Below are positions 51,520 to 61,977 of a stretch of 64,000 nucleotides of DNA, in pieces. Where the stretch lies: the NCBI GenBank assembly GCA_964106915.2, contig OZ066922.1; one strand, given 5' to 3'. Made by a program: the position numbers and the translations under genes. The stretch's first letter is position 1. Every line of letters begins with the position of its first letter. Below the pieces are notes generated by a model. The model made no database searches. It was not told the DNA's origin and was given only the letters and a program-made list of their open reading frames with translations. This stretch comes from Podarcis gaigeae (taxonomy: Eukaryota).

Positions 51520-52230
51520 GTGGGCTGTTACTGGGGAGATTTATATGTTGCCATTTATTGATTGACAGCCCTATTTGTTAAATACAATGCACGCAGCGAC
51601 GAACTTCCTCTTTTTGCTGCGTGCTTCGGATCACCTGCCCTCCCTTCCCTAATGTTAGGCTGTTTGCTTGACCTTGCTATGTCTGTCATGGAGTCGTCTA
51701 CTTTGGGACAGGGGCCTGGTAGGAATTTTGTCCATTTGGCTGATTAGTGTGTGCCATTTGGTTTTGCCTACTGCGTAGCAAATCATCACAACTTTTAAGG
51801 TTGCGGTTAGGCATTGGTTTGGGAATTGGTTGGTGGAGGGGTGTGGATTTGGCTGTGCCTGCCCCTCCAAAATGCTGCTGCTGCTGCTTCAAGGGTTTTC
51901 CATTAAAGGAACCCAGGGGCTCCCCATGCTTTTGTCTGAAACCCCCTGGCAAGGGGCTAGGGCCACGCAAGCCCCTGGGAGCATTCTGGGGAGAGGTTCC
52001 CAGTCCCGTCTCTCTACCCAGGTGACTTACCCTTTCTGACTTCGCAGGGGGTGCGAATGTCAGAGCTGTCCCCGTGTGGGGTCAGTTAGTGCTACCAATG
52101 CCTAAGCAACCACTCACATTGCTGTAATTTGAATAAAGATGTGGCCAAAATTATGCCAAAAACCTTAAACAAAAATTAAGTGTCAATTGTGTTTTTATTT
52201 GGGGGCTGTCTTGGGGACCTCGACGCGCAA
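51520..52230 (+). mobile_element. Probable DIRS/Ngaro-like (tyrosine-recombinase retroelement) terminal fragment, or LTR-like repeat
   Basis: GC/CpG-richer block with AATAAAGATGTGGCC and an end ..CTCGACGCGCAA echoed internally by GGCCACGCAA. No TSD. The family call rests on recall only. Confidence 0.4.
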
Positions 52231-52561
52231 TATTTATTGTATTTGACCATTGCTTTGAAAAAACCCCAAAACAAATAAAAATCCCAGATACTCTCCATAC
52301 AGCTTGTGTACAAGGAATTCAAATAGAGGCAAATAAATTTGTAAAAAATTCTGCTGTGGACTTCTTCTTCCTTATCCTTTTCTCATTATTACATCAGCTA
52401 TGAACATGGTGCTTCACAGAGTAACATAAGCAGCTTCTTCTCAAGTGTCTGTTCAAGGATCTTATTATCTAAATTACCAGAGAGGGATGGAAGGAAAGAC
52501 AGAGGCAAAGGAAGCAGGAAAGCACCTTACCTTGGCAACAACCTTGTTGGCTTATTGTATC

Positions 52562-53412
52562 CAGGGCCAGATTTAGGTTTGATAAAGGCCTAAGCTACAG
52601 AAGGTAATGGGGCTCTTTATATGTCCAGCAGTCCTTTGTCAACCACAAATTGTTGCTGTTTTTTGTGTTGAATATATGCTATGTGGTAATTTATGGACCT
52701 AATACAGTGGTGCCCCACAAGACGAATGTCTTGCAAGACGGAAAACCCGCTAGACGAAAGGGTTTTCCGTTTTGGAGGTGCTTCGCAAAACGAATTTCCT
52801 ATGGGCTTGCTTTGCAAGACAAAAATGTCTTGCGAGTTCCTGCGATGGGGTGTTCCTCCCCCCCTTTTTCCCAAGCCGCTAAGCCGCGTAACAGCTGATC
52901 CGCTAAGCCGCTAAGCCGCTTATCAGCTGATCCGCTAAGCCGCTTATCAGCTGATCCACTGAGCCCGCTAAGACGCTAATAGCGCTAATCTGCTAAGCCG
53001 CTAATGGGCTTGCTTTGCAAGACGAAAAAACCGCAAGACGAAGAGACTCGCGGAATGGATTCTTTTCATCTTGCGAGGCACCACTGTAGATATCTAAAGC
53101 TATTTACACGTAACAAAATATGTATTTTATCAAAGTAATTGTTGAACTGAAATACAATTAAGAAGAAGTATATTAATAGTGAAATAATTATTAAGCTCTA
53201 ACTTAAAATGATTAGGGCCCCAATACTTACATCATAGGAGTCTACACAAAACAAAACACTGTTGCTGTATGTAGGTTTTATTTTATTTCTTTTTTATCTT
53301 ATATTTTGGAAATGTACATCCAGGTTTTTCCCTGTTTAATTTTTTTGGGCCCCCCCAAGAGAGTGGGGCCCTAAGCTACAGCTTGTTTAACTTAGACATA
53401 AATCTGGCACTG
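52562..53412 (+). mobile_element. hAT-type non-autonomous element, family D
   Basis: TIRs CAGGGCCAGATTTA / TAAATCTGGCACTG. TSD ATTGTATC/GTTGTATC (7/8). Confidence 0.88.
52705..53086. mobile_element. Young Tigger-like MITE nested in the family D element
   Basis: TA-CAGTGGTGCCCCACAAGACGAA..TTCATCTTGCGAGGCACCACTG-TA. CpG-rich, with an internal CCGCTAAG/CAGCTGAT repeat array. Confidence 0.9.
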
Positions 53413-53709
53413 GTTGTATCCCAATGCCATCATACAGTCTCCCCTTCCCAGGTTTGATTTGTTGATACCTGTTGGATTGTGAAGGAATAGACCTAGTCAT
53501 AGCACTTTATTACACACCAACTTTCTAGTGTCAAACTCAGGATGCACATCAGATATGAGCTTTAGTATAGACCCCCAACTGGAGCTCTGGAAACAGTCCC
53601 CACTGATCTGAAGTGACTCCTGAGTGCCCCCTTTGACTCAGGGTCCATTTGATCCAGCTTTGTTTCCTCACTGGCATTCACAACTGAATTTTTTAAAAAG
53701 TTATATTTT

Positions 53710-53912
53710 CCCTCTTTCCGGCATCTCCTGCAACTAAGCTGGTGCCAAATACAAGGCCAAGAGAGGGAAATCTCCTCATCTGGGCAGCCCGGGACTTCTA
53801 TACACACTGCCCAGCTTCGCACCCTAGGGAGTTGACTTCGGTGCTACTAACACAGCAGTTTGACTTTGCACCTGGAGGCACATTGTCTTTCAAGACAGAT
53901 GAATGACAATAA
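53710..53912 (+). mobile_element. RTE-derived non-autonomous retroelement fragment
   Basis: Homologous to the reverse of 57357-57763. 3' end CATTGTCTTTCAAGACAGATGAATG. Confidence 0.65.
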
Positions 53913-54145
53913 TATCATGTTCTCACGGCTTTTTTGCACCCAGAACTTGCCAGAACTCAGTTTCAGCACCTCTCAGACGGGTGCCATTGTTATTATGAGA
54001 AAACAAGGGAAGTGTTCATGTTGCTTTTCTAGAAAAATAGCACTGAATGTTCTTAATATGTTAATAGCATCTGGAAAAATAAGACTTTTTTATTTTAAAA
54101 AATCAACTTTTATTTTTGGACTCCATGTAAAAAGATGTAAGAAGA

Positions 54146-54189
<44 letters not shown>
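54146..54189. repeat. (TTA)n microsatellite
   Basis: Read directly from the sequence. Confidence 0.95.
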
Positions 54190-54190
<1 letters not shown>

Positions 54191-55657
54191 ATTAATTTAT
54201 TAATTTATTTATTATACCTGAAGGTCTCAGGGTGATTAACAGAACAAAATCAAACTATAAAACCACAAATATAGAATCAAAATAAAAACAACCCTATAGA
54301 TTTAAAAATTGAAATAAAGTACATTACTTCAGAATAAATTCCACTGAATTTAATGAAACTCACTTCCTTTTAGACATGCATAGATTTTCCCTGTAAGCTC
54401 TAAATATATTATTACATTTTTTTTCACAATGTGAAATTGAAAACTTTTGATGGAGGAGTAAGTGTGCCTGGATGAAGCTGATTAAGAAAATCAAGAGAGG
54501 ATTAGCACAGCACCTATAACGTAGATTAAAGTGTTCTGAAGAAAGTTCCAACATTAAAAAAGATGAATGAGCATTGGACAGATTGTATTTCTGATTATTG
54601 ACCTTTTAGTCAATGTACATGGTGAGCACACTGATCTGTGATGAGGAATGATTGGTGACTCATAAGCTCTGTTATTCATGAAACCATAGATGAGTCAAAC
54701 AGCATGTTGATAAACAGATCTCTTCAAGAAAGATGCTTTAGACACAGCAAAATCTTAGCATAGGCAATGAACCATGTTAATTATTTGGTCATTCATAAAA
54801 ATGAATAAGCAACACACCAGTAAATTCTTCTGCATGAACTCCCATGAAATAAATGCCCATTCTGATCTTAGGATAATGTGCACACCATGTCAACGTAATA
54901 ATAATGTCAATTTTTATAAAGCCATTCTTTCAATCGTCTGGGGTTCCAATTTCAGTAAGAGCTGTCCACTTATATTTGTTCTGTCAGAATTTGTGTGCAT
55001 TTTCATTTACCTTATTTGGGAAAGACAGATCATTTTCCTGGAAGGGGTCTTGCTTCGGCTATCCTGCTTGTTAACCATGCTGGCATCTTCTTTGACTTAT
55101 TTCAACTTTTCCTATTCTTGGAACCCATATCAAACCCACATTAAAATGAGCCTCTGTTTAACTCAATTTAAATCATTCTTAAGGAGCCTGTGGAGATATG
55201 ACTCTCCCTTTCAAGTTTATATTAGCTAATCCCTCCATTTTCATAACTTTCTACTTTTGAAATTAAATGTGACACTTTCCATATATACCTGTAATGTATT
55301 TACCCTCTTTATCCTTGCCCATTTTGGCTTGTTTGTGCGAGTCAGGAGGGGCCAACTGGCTGGATCCAGCAAGTGGTTAACACATCTTTATGCAAGGGGG
55401 GAGAAGGTCTGTACCTCCTTGAAGGAGGTGGTGGTGTATCTGCTCTAGAAAAAGCTCTCCTTGTACCTCGAGATATTTGACAACTGCCCCAAATACCTCT
55501 TTGGGGGGCAAATGAATGTTCATAGTGATTTAGTTACGTACACTTTTGGAGGAAACAGATTACCTGGTTTCATTTTTGTTTGGACCCTAACCTAGTTTTG
55601 GCATATAATCAACCCCAGATGCCCTGACCGATGACCTCATTTGAGAGAGAGACAGAG

Positions 55658-56154
55658 TGTCAGGAGTCCAGGTTCCTAGCTTGATAATGCAGTCAGTGTA
55701 GCTAATTAAAAGGTGGATTTATTGCAAAAATAAACAGATAGCTTCAGACGGCACTAACAAAGCCTCCAGCACCATTACTCAAGAAGACCTTCTGAAGACT
55801 CCTTCTGGCGTCAACAGAAGATATTGAACTTACAAACCTTACATTTTTTTTGTTTTGCTTCCTATCTAGCAGCCCTCCCATTCGCCGACTCTTCGTACTT
55901 AGTGGATCAGCTCCCACCTCTTTCTTTTCTGAGATCCTATCTCTGAGTTCATTCACGCCTGTTTATGCTTCTGGTGAGCTTTGGTTGCTTTCTAGCCTGC
56001 TCTCAGCTACTGCCTTATCAGCCTGCCCGTTAAGGTCAGGAAGAGCCAAAGTCCTCAGCTGCCGGCTCTCCCCGGCCTGACTAAGCCTCTCTGTTCCTGG
56101 CTGCTTTCTGCAGTTGGCTGCTAACCTTCACTTGGAGCTGGCTCATTCCTGACA
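55658..56154 (-). mobile_element. Solo LTR (Gypsy-like)
   Basis: 8-bp inverted termini TGTCAGGA/TCCTGACA. TSD CAGAG/CAGGG. AATAAA on the minus strand near 55718. Confidence 0.8.
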
Positions 56155-56284
56155 CAGGGTTAATTGAACCCGCTTTTCCCAGTGGCTTTTGATGCATTTG
56201 AACATGGTAGCTTGCAGGGCTGTCTCCCTGGATTGGGAGTTGAAGGCACTGTTCTGCATTAGTTTCCACTCTTTCCTGCATGGT

Positions 56285-56670
56285 CAGTCTGAGAACAATA
56301 GCATTGGAGGAGATCTATATTCTTGTACAGTGGTACCTTCAGGTTACAGACTCCACTAACCCGGAAGTAGTACCTCAGGTTAAGAACTTTGCTTCAGGAT
56401 GAGAACAGAAATCATGCAGTGGCAGCGGGAGACCCCAATAGCTAAAGTGGTACCTCAGGTTAAGAACAGTTCCAGTTAAGAACAGACCTCTAGAATGAAT
56501 TAAGTTCTTAACCCGAGGTACCACTGTAGTTTAGTTGTGGGGTGCCACAAGGCATGTTTTTAACCCCAATTCTGTGAAACAGCTATATTGTTGGGAGCAA
56601 TCATTAGAAGGTTTGGGGCACGGTGTCATCTGTCTGCTTGTGATACGCAGTTCCATTTCTCTGTAACACT
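56285..56670 (+). mobile_element. Old L2 RT fragment, split by a MITE
   Basis: CGVPQG motif (TGTGGGGTGCCACAAGGC) and LGAIIRRFGARCH..DTQFHFS. Confidence 0.65.
56328..56526. mobile_element. Tigger-like MITE, family F (inverted)
   Basis: TA-CAGTGGTACC..GGTACCACTG-TA. Confidence 0.9.
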
Positions 56671-57356
56671 GGGGTTTGCTGTACAAATCCTGAACCACTC
56701 AGGCACAGGATATTTGACTGATTCACGCCATTAAACGACGCTTCTGATATTAAGGATGGGCATTTTTGTTCTGTTTATCATTTCCTTTATGGCAATCTCA
56801 TTTGCTTCATTGCTTGTTCTGTCCTTTCATCTCCTGTTAGTAGCTATCTTCATGCATGACATTCTTTATTGAAAAAACAAAAAAAACAAAACTTGGGTGG
56901 GGGGGAGTTCAGATAAGTGTGCTAGGACCATTCCACCTCATGAAACATGAAGGTCTGAAATAAGGAATCTCCTGTAATCCTGGAAACTCTCTCTGTCAAT
57001 GTCTCTGAGTTGGAAATTGATTGGAACAGAGATGGGTCAGGCAGATATCACACTCATTTCTGCCCCACATGTGTTTTTTCAACTAAGAACATATCACCTG
57101 AAGGCAGCTATTATTTCATTCAGAGTTTGTTTCCTATTTATTTTATTTTTACACTATAGTGTAGACACAGACTGTTTTCTAATGCCTCTATATTTGGACC
57201 TTTCCACACATAAGACACAAAACTTCAAAATAAAACTTTCTCCAATGCAAATTGCACTGAATTTTCTGGTATTTCTACAACGGATTTCAATTGTTCTATT
57301 TTTTTTGTATGTTGTTTTTAAACAGTCAATTTGTACCACATATGAATTCTGAATAT

Positions 57357-57763
57357 TGTTGTTGTTGGCATCTGTCTGACTCAAGAAACAATGGAGTGCG
57401 TTTCCAGGGGTGAAGCCCAAACTGCTGGAGAGTCGCAGCACCTGCTGTGGCTGCAGAGAGTGGTAACTCCAAACTATTGCCTCCCATGTTGTTTTTGCTG
57501 TGTTAGCAGCGCTGAAGTGACCTCTCTGGCTAGTGTTTATGGTGGTTCTGGGCTACCCAGATGACAATACCCCACTCTTGGCATCATCAACGTTGTCCAA
57601 AAGGAAGCAGACCAATACATTTGGTACCAGTTTGGCTTCAGAAGTTCCCAGAAGGAGGCACACAAGATGCCAGCCAGCCATCATAGGGACTCAAGTCTGG
57701 ATTTGTGTAGGGTTTACTCCTTAGCCTCTTCTTTTCCTGAATATGTCCCATGAGGAAGAGGGT
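57357..57763 (-). mobile_element. RTE-derived non-autonomous (SINE-like) retroelement, apparently full length
   Basis: RTE-type 3' end CACTCCATTGTTTCTTGAGTCAGACAGATGCC(AAC)n. Perfect 12-bp TSD AATTCTGAATAT. No tRNA head evident. Confidence 0.75.
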
Positions 57764-58633
57764 AATTCTGAATATCAGCTGGCATAAAAATATTTTAGAT
57801 AAATAAAGAAATCATATCACTGTAGGCATCGGATCTGCTGAATTTCAGAGAGACTGGAGAAAGGGTCCTCATTTTATGCACAACATTTTAAAATGGTGAA
57901 ATTCTATAAGCTTCACATTGCTTTATGCTTCTTGTTTGTCTACCTTTTCTTTTTACTTTGAGAGCGCTCCAAGATACTCCCTCCCCCCCAAAAATGTTCC
58001 CTTTATGAAACAACACATAGCATTTTTGTAAGCAATGCTGTGCAGACTTCTGTCATTTTCAGGAATCCTTGCTACAAGAAACAAGCAGGAGAAATGAAAT
58101 GAAGGGGGATTTCATTTCTTTCTCTCCCTCATTTGTGTGTTTTCATCTCATAGAAATGAATTAGAAACAAATGGAGTACATTTCATTTTCCATTCATTTT
58201 AGAAGCGAATGCACACCCCTATCTGATACATGCACTATATCAATGTTCTATCTTACAACCAAAGCACTCTAGTTTCCATATTTTGCTTTTGAGGGATCTG
58301 TCATCAGCATATAAATAACGAAGGAGGCTGCAATACTTGGTAGATTAGTACTCACCAACAGAGGAAAATTTTCCTCATTGTAGGAAATTGCTATTAAAAA
58401 GAAAGAGATTTCTCTTGCCAGTTTCAAGTGAGGATTCGGGTGGGGGGGAATAATTAACTTGGAGTTTTCTGTGTTTCCAACTCTTAATTTTGGATATCTA
58501 TAGAAACTCCATAGGGCATCACACATATTAGAAGGTTGAATCAGCTCTGTGTGTAGCCTTATTTTAAGGCAAATAGTGGTGATTTGGATGAGGTTTCAAA
58601 TGCCAATGTCAGATTGCACTGTGAACCTGTGAA

Positions 58634-59362
58634 CAGACCCTCCAAGTATCTCTATTTTCCAGGGACAGTCCCAGATTTACAGCAGCCATTCTGATTTCTG
58701 ATTTGATCTAGGAATGTCCTGCTTTCCCTTAAAGGTAAAGGTAAAGGTAAAGGACCCCTGACCGTTAAGCCCAGTCATGAAAAACTCTGGGGGTGTGGCG
58801 CTCATCTCACTTTACTGGCCGAGGGAGCCAACGTTTGTTCGCAGACAACTTCCGGGTCATGTGGCCAGCATGACTAAGCCGCTTCTGGTGAAATCAGAGC
58901 AGCACACAGAAACGCTGTTTACCTTTATTTACTTGCACTTTGACATGATTTTGAACTGCTAGGTTTGCAGGAGCTGGGACAGAGCAGTGGGAGCTCACCC
59001 CATCACGGGGATTCGAACCGCCAACCTTCTGATTGGCAAGCCCTAGGCTCAGTGGTTTAGACCACAGCACCACTCACGCCCCTTCTTTCCCTTAGGACAT
59101 CCCTATTTTCATCGGAGGAATGTTGGAGGGTATGGAATTGTGTGACCACTAAGCCAAGGAGATAAGTAACTATACAACATTTAGAAGAAATCTGAAGGCA
59201 GCCCTGTATAGGGGAGTTTTTAAATGCTTAATGTTTTAGTATGCTTTATATATGCTGGATGCTGCTCAGAGTGGTTGGTGTATCACCGTCAGATGAATTG
59301 TTGTTGTTGTTGTTGTTGAACAGGATGCCCCTATTTTCATTGGATAAATGTTGGAGTGTATG
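58634..59362 (+). mobile_element. Composite MITE + LINE-tail element, family E, with a nested Sauria SINE
   Basis: Same architecture as the 39429 copy. Duplicated right end at 59134 and 59362. Confidence 0.8.
58732..59082 (-). mobile_element. Sauria SINE
   Basis: (AAAGGT)n tail as read on the plus strand. 10-bp TSD CTTTCCCTTA. Confidence 0.93.
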
Positions 59363-59535
59363 TGAGTTGGATCAGGGTAATACTAAAGTCCCAAATTACT
59401 CTGTGTAATTGTTTGTCCTCTCCTGTCACTGTATTCTCTCTCCCCCCTTTAAAATAAAACAACCATTGCATTTATTTAATCATTTTAAAAGGTGAGACCA
59501 TGTTGGTTAGGGAAACCAGCTTGATTAAGGAGGGG

Positions 59536-59716
59536 CAGTGTTGTTGTTTTTCTTAAAAAATGTTTAGGGATACTCTCATTTTGACTCAAGAAAATCACCA
59601 TTTTATACTTCAAATCAGGAAAATTAAAATAAAGCAAATGGACAAAAGTATAAAGATTCACAAAATGTTTAGGGGTATGTGTACCCCTGCGCCCCACCCC
59701 CCGAAGAAAAGCACTG
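59536..59716. mobile_element. hAT-type MITE, family A
   Basis: CAGTGTT..AAAAGCACTG. Perfect TSD AGGAGGGG. Confidence 0.9.
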
Positions 59717-60325
59717 AGGAGGGGTGGCAAGCAATGCAGGGAGGTGAGAGATGTCTTGTTTTGATCGTTTACTTAGATGTGCATGCAAATGATTACAGTC
59801 CGACTTACTCCCTTGTAGGTGTGCTCAGGCGTGCAGGCTTAATGCAAGCTGGGAGAGAATTCTGCTAATCCTTCTTATGGGCATTTGATGAAGTAAGTAT
59901 GTGAATCCTGTCTGAGGTCCATAAATGTATTTCTCACAGGCCTGTCAAAAAGGAATGTCCGGGAGCTGCAATGACTCAGTCATTTTTGTGCAGACTGTCA
60001 TTTAAACCCATATTTGTTTGGCACCTCTGCCTTCGCAGCCTAGCCAACTTGCGAGAAGGCAGGGTGCCATCCTGACAGATGGCTGAGGCCGTAAAAAGCC
60101 AAGAGACCATGAATGAGCATCAAATGTGTTTGCTGAGGCTGGGAGTCCCAGTCAAGACCGCCCAAGCAGCTGTCTGTCCTAAGGTTATGCACCTATGGTT
60201 GAAGAGATGTGTCACCACTAATTCATCTCATCACTACTGCAACTTGTGAAAAGGAGAGGAGGGGGACACTTTTGACTGCAGTTTGCACACACTAACACAG
60301 GAGTAACAGATACTAAAGAATCCAA

Positions 60326-60982
60326 NNNNNNNNNNNNNNNNNNNNNNNNNNNNNNNNNNNNNNNNNNNNNNNNNNNNNNNNNNNNNNNNNNNNNNNNNNN
60401 NNNNNNNNNNNNNNNNNNNNNNNNNNNNNNNNNNNNNNNNNNNNNNNNNNNNNNNNNNNNNNNNNNNNNNNNNNNNNNNNNNNNNNNNNNNNNNNNNNNN
60501 NNNNNNNNNNNNNNNNNNNNNNNNNNNNNNNNNNNNNNNNNNNNNNNNNNNNNNNNNNNNNNNNNNNNNNNNNNNNNNNNNNNNNNNNNNNNNNNNNNNN
60601 NNNNNNNNNNNNNNNNNNNNNNNNNNNNNNNNNNNNNNNNNNNNNNNNNNNNNNNNNNNNNNNNNNNNNNNNNNNNNNNNNNNNNNNNNNNNNNNNNNNN
60701 NNNNNNNNNNNNNNNNNNNNNNNNNNNNNNNNNNNNNNNNNNNNNNNNNNNNNNNNNNNNNNNNNNNNNNNNNNNNNNNNNNNNNNNNNNNNNNNNNNNN
60801 NNNNNNNNNNNNNNNNNNNNNNNNNNNNNNNNNNNNNNNNNNNNNNNNNNNNNNNNNNNNNNNNNNNNNNNNNNNNNNNNNNNNNNNNNNNNNNNNNNNN
60901 NNNNNNNNNNNNNNNNNNNNNNNNNNNNNNNNNNNNNNNNNNNNNNNNNNNNNNNNNNNNNNNNNNNNNNNNNNNNNNNNNN
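60326..60982. other. Assembly gap (N run)
   Basis: 657 Ns. Confidence 0.99.
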
Positions 60983-61100
60983 GCGGTTGTCAATATAATT
61001 CGCCTACAGCAAAGCTGTTTGAATTTTTAAAATTAACCTGAGCTTGTTGAATTTCAGTGCATTTCACGGTGAAATAATTCCTGGTTTGTTTTCCCTTCAG

Positions 61101-61130
61101 TCTGCAACCTGAAATCTATGGGCTTTCGTG
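61101..61130 (+). other. Candidate 30-nt exon (unverified)
   Basis: Acceptor TTTGTTTTCCCTTCAG and donor GTG|GTGAGT. Length is divisible by 3 and it is open in two of three phases. Confidence 0.25.
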
Positions 61131-61743
61131 GTGAGTTGACATGTGTGGGATTGTGTTGTTAAAAAAATCTCTTGTTGGTTTGCATTTCTTAGTACAGAAA
61201 GTACTGATCTGATGTGTAGGGACTTTTCCTATTCTACTTAATTCAAGAGGGCTCTGGAAGTTTCTTTGTGTGAAAGAAACAAGCAGAAAGTGCATGATGT
61301 CTGGGTTATTCCTTCAGAGAAGCTGAGTACAGCTGGCTTAAACTGGTTCTCTTATCTCTTCTGTCAAGATCATGCCAGAAGGATGGGTTTCACTTTCTCT
61401 TCCTGTCTCTCCTTTCCTTCTGGTGTGATGTTCTGTACATAGTATGGTTAGTGTTAAGGTTTAGACTTATTATAAGTTATTGTAAGTTTAAGTTAAGTGT
61501 GCTGCAACTGGATTTCTTAGGGACAGTGCCAACCCTGAATGTATTGGATTTGTGCCCATTATGCTCATTTGCCTTCAGTAGCAGTAAAACTCTGCTGGAT
61601 GACATAGAATTGTCTTTGGTCTATTTTGGGGGGGATATTGCAACATGTTTAAGTTTTCACTCTGCTAACTATACAATGGAATCTGTTCTGGATCAATATT
61701 GAGTAGAATTTCAATGACATCTCTATATCCTTCTTCTGGTATA

Positions 61744-61977
61744 CAGTGGTACCTCAGGTTAAGTACTTAATTCATTACAGAGGTCCGTTCTTAACCTGAA
61801 ACTGTTCTTAACCTGAAGCACCACTTTAGCCTATGGGGCCTCCTGCTGCCGCCGGAGCACGATTTCTGTTCTCATCCTGAAGCAAAGTTCTTAACCTAAA
61901 GCACTATTTCTGGGTTAGCGGAGTCTGTAACCTGAAGCGTCTGTAACCTGAAGCGTATGTAACCCGAGGTACCACTG
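61744..61977. mobile_element. Tigger-like MITE, family F
   Basis: TA-CAGTGGTACCTCAGGTTA..TAACCCGAGGTACCACTG-TA. Confidence 0.93.

Noticed and set aside
52873-53003. Interspaced repeats as a CRISPR-like array
   Set aside because: This is eukaryotic DNA, the units are short and lack unique spacers, and the array lies inside a MITE.
54774-55229. 151-aa ORF
   Set aside because: AT-rich composition with no recognisable domain or splice context. Likely a chance ORF.
60313-60993. 226-aa ORF
   Set aside because: Artifact of the N gap.
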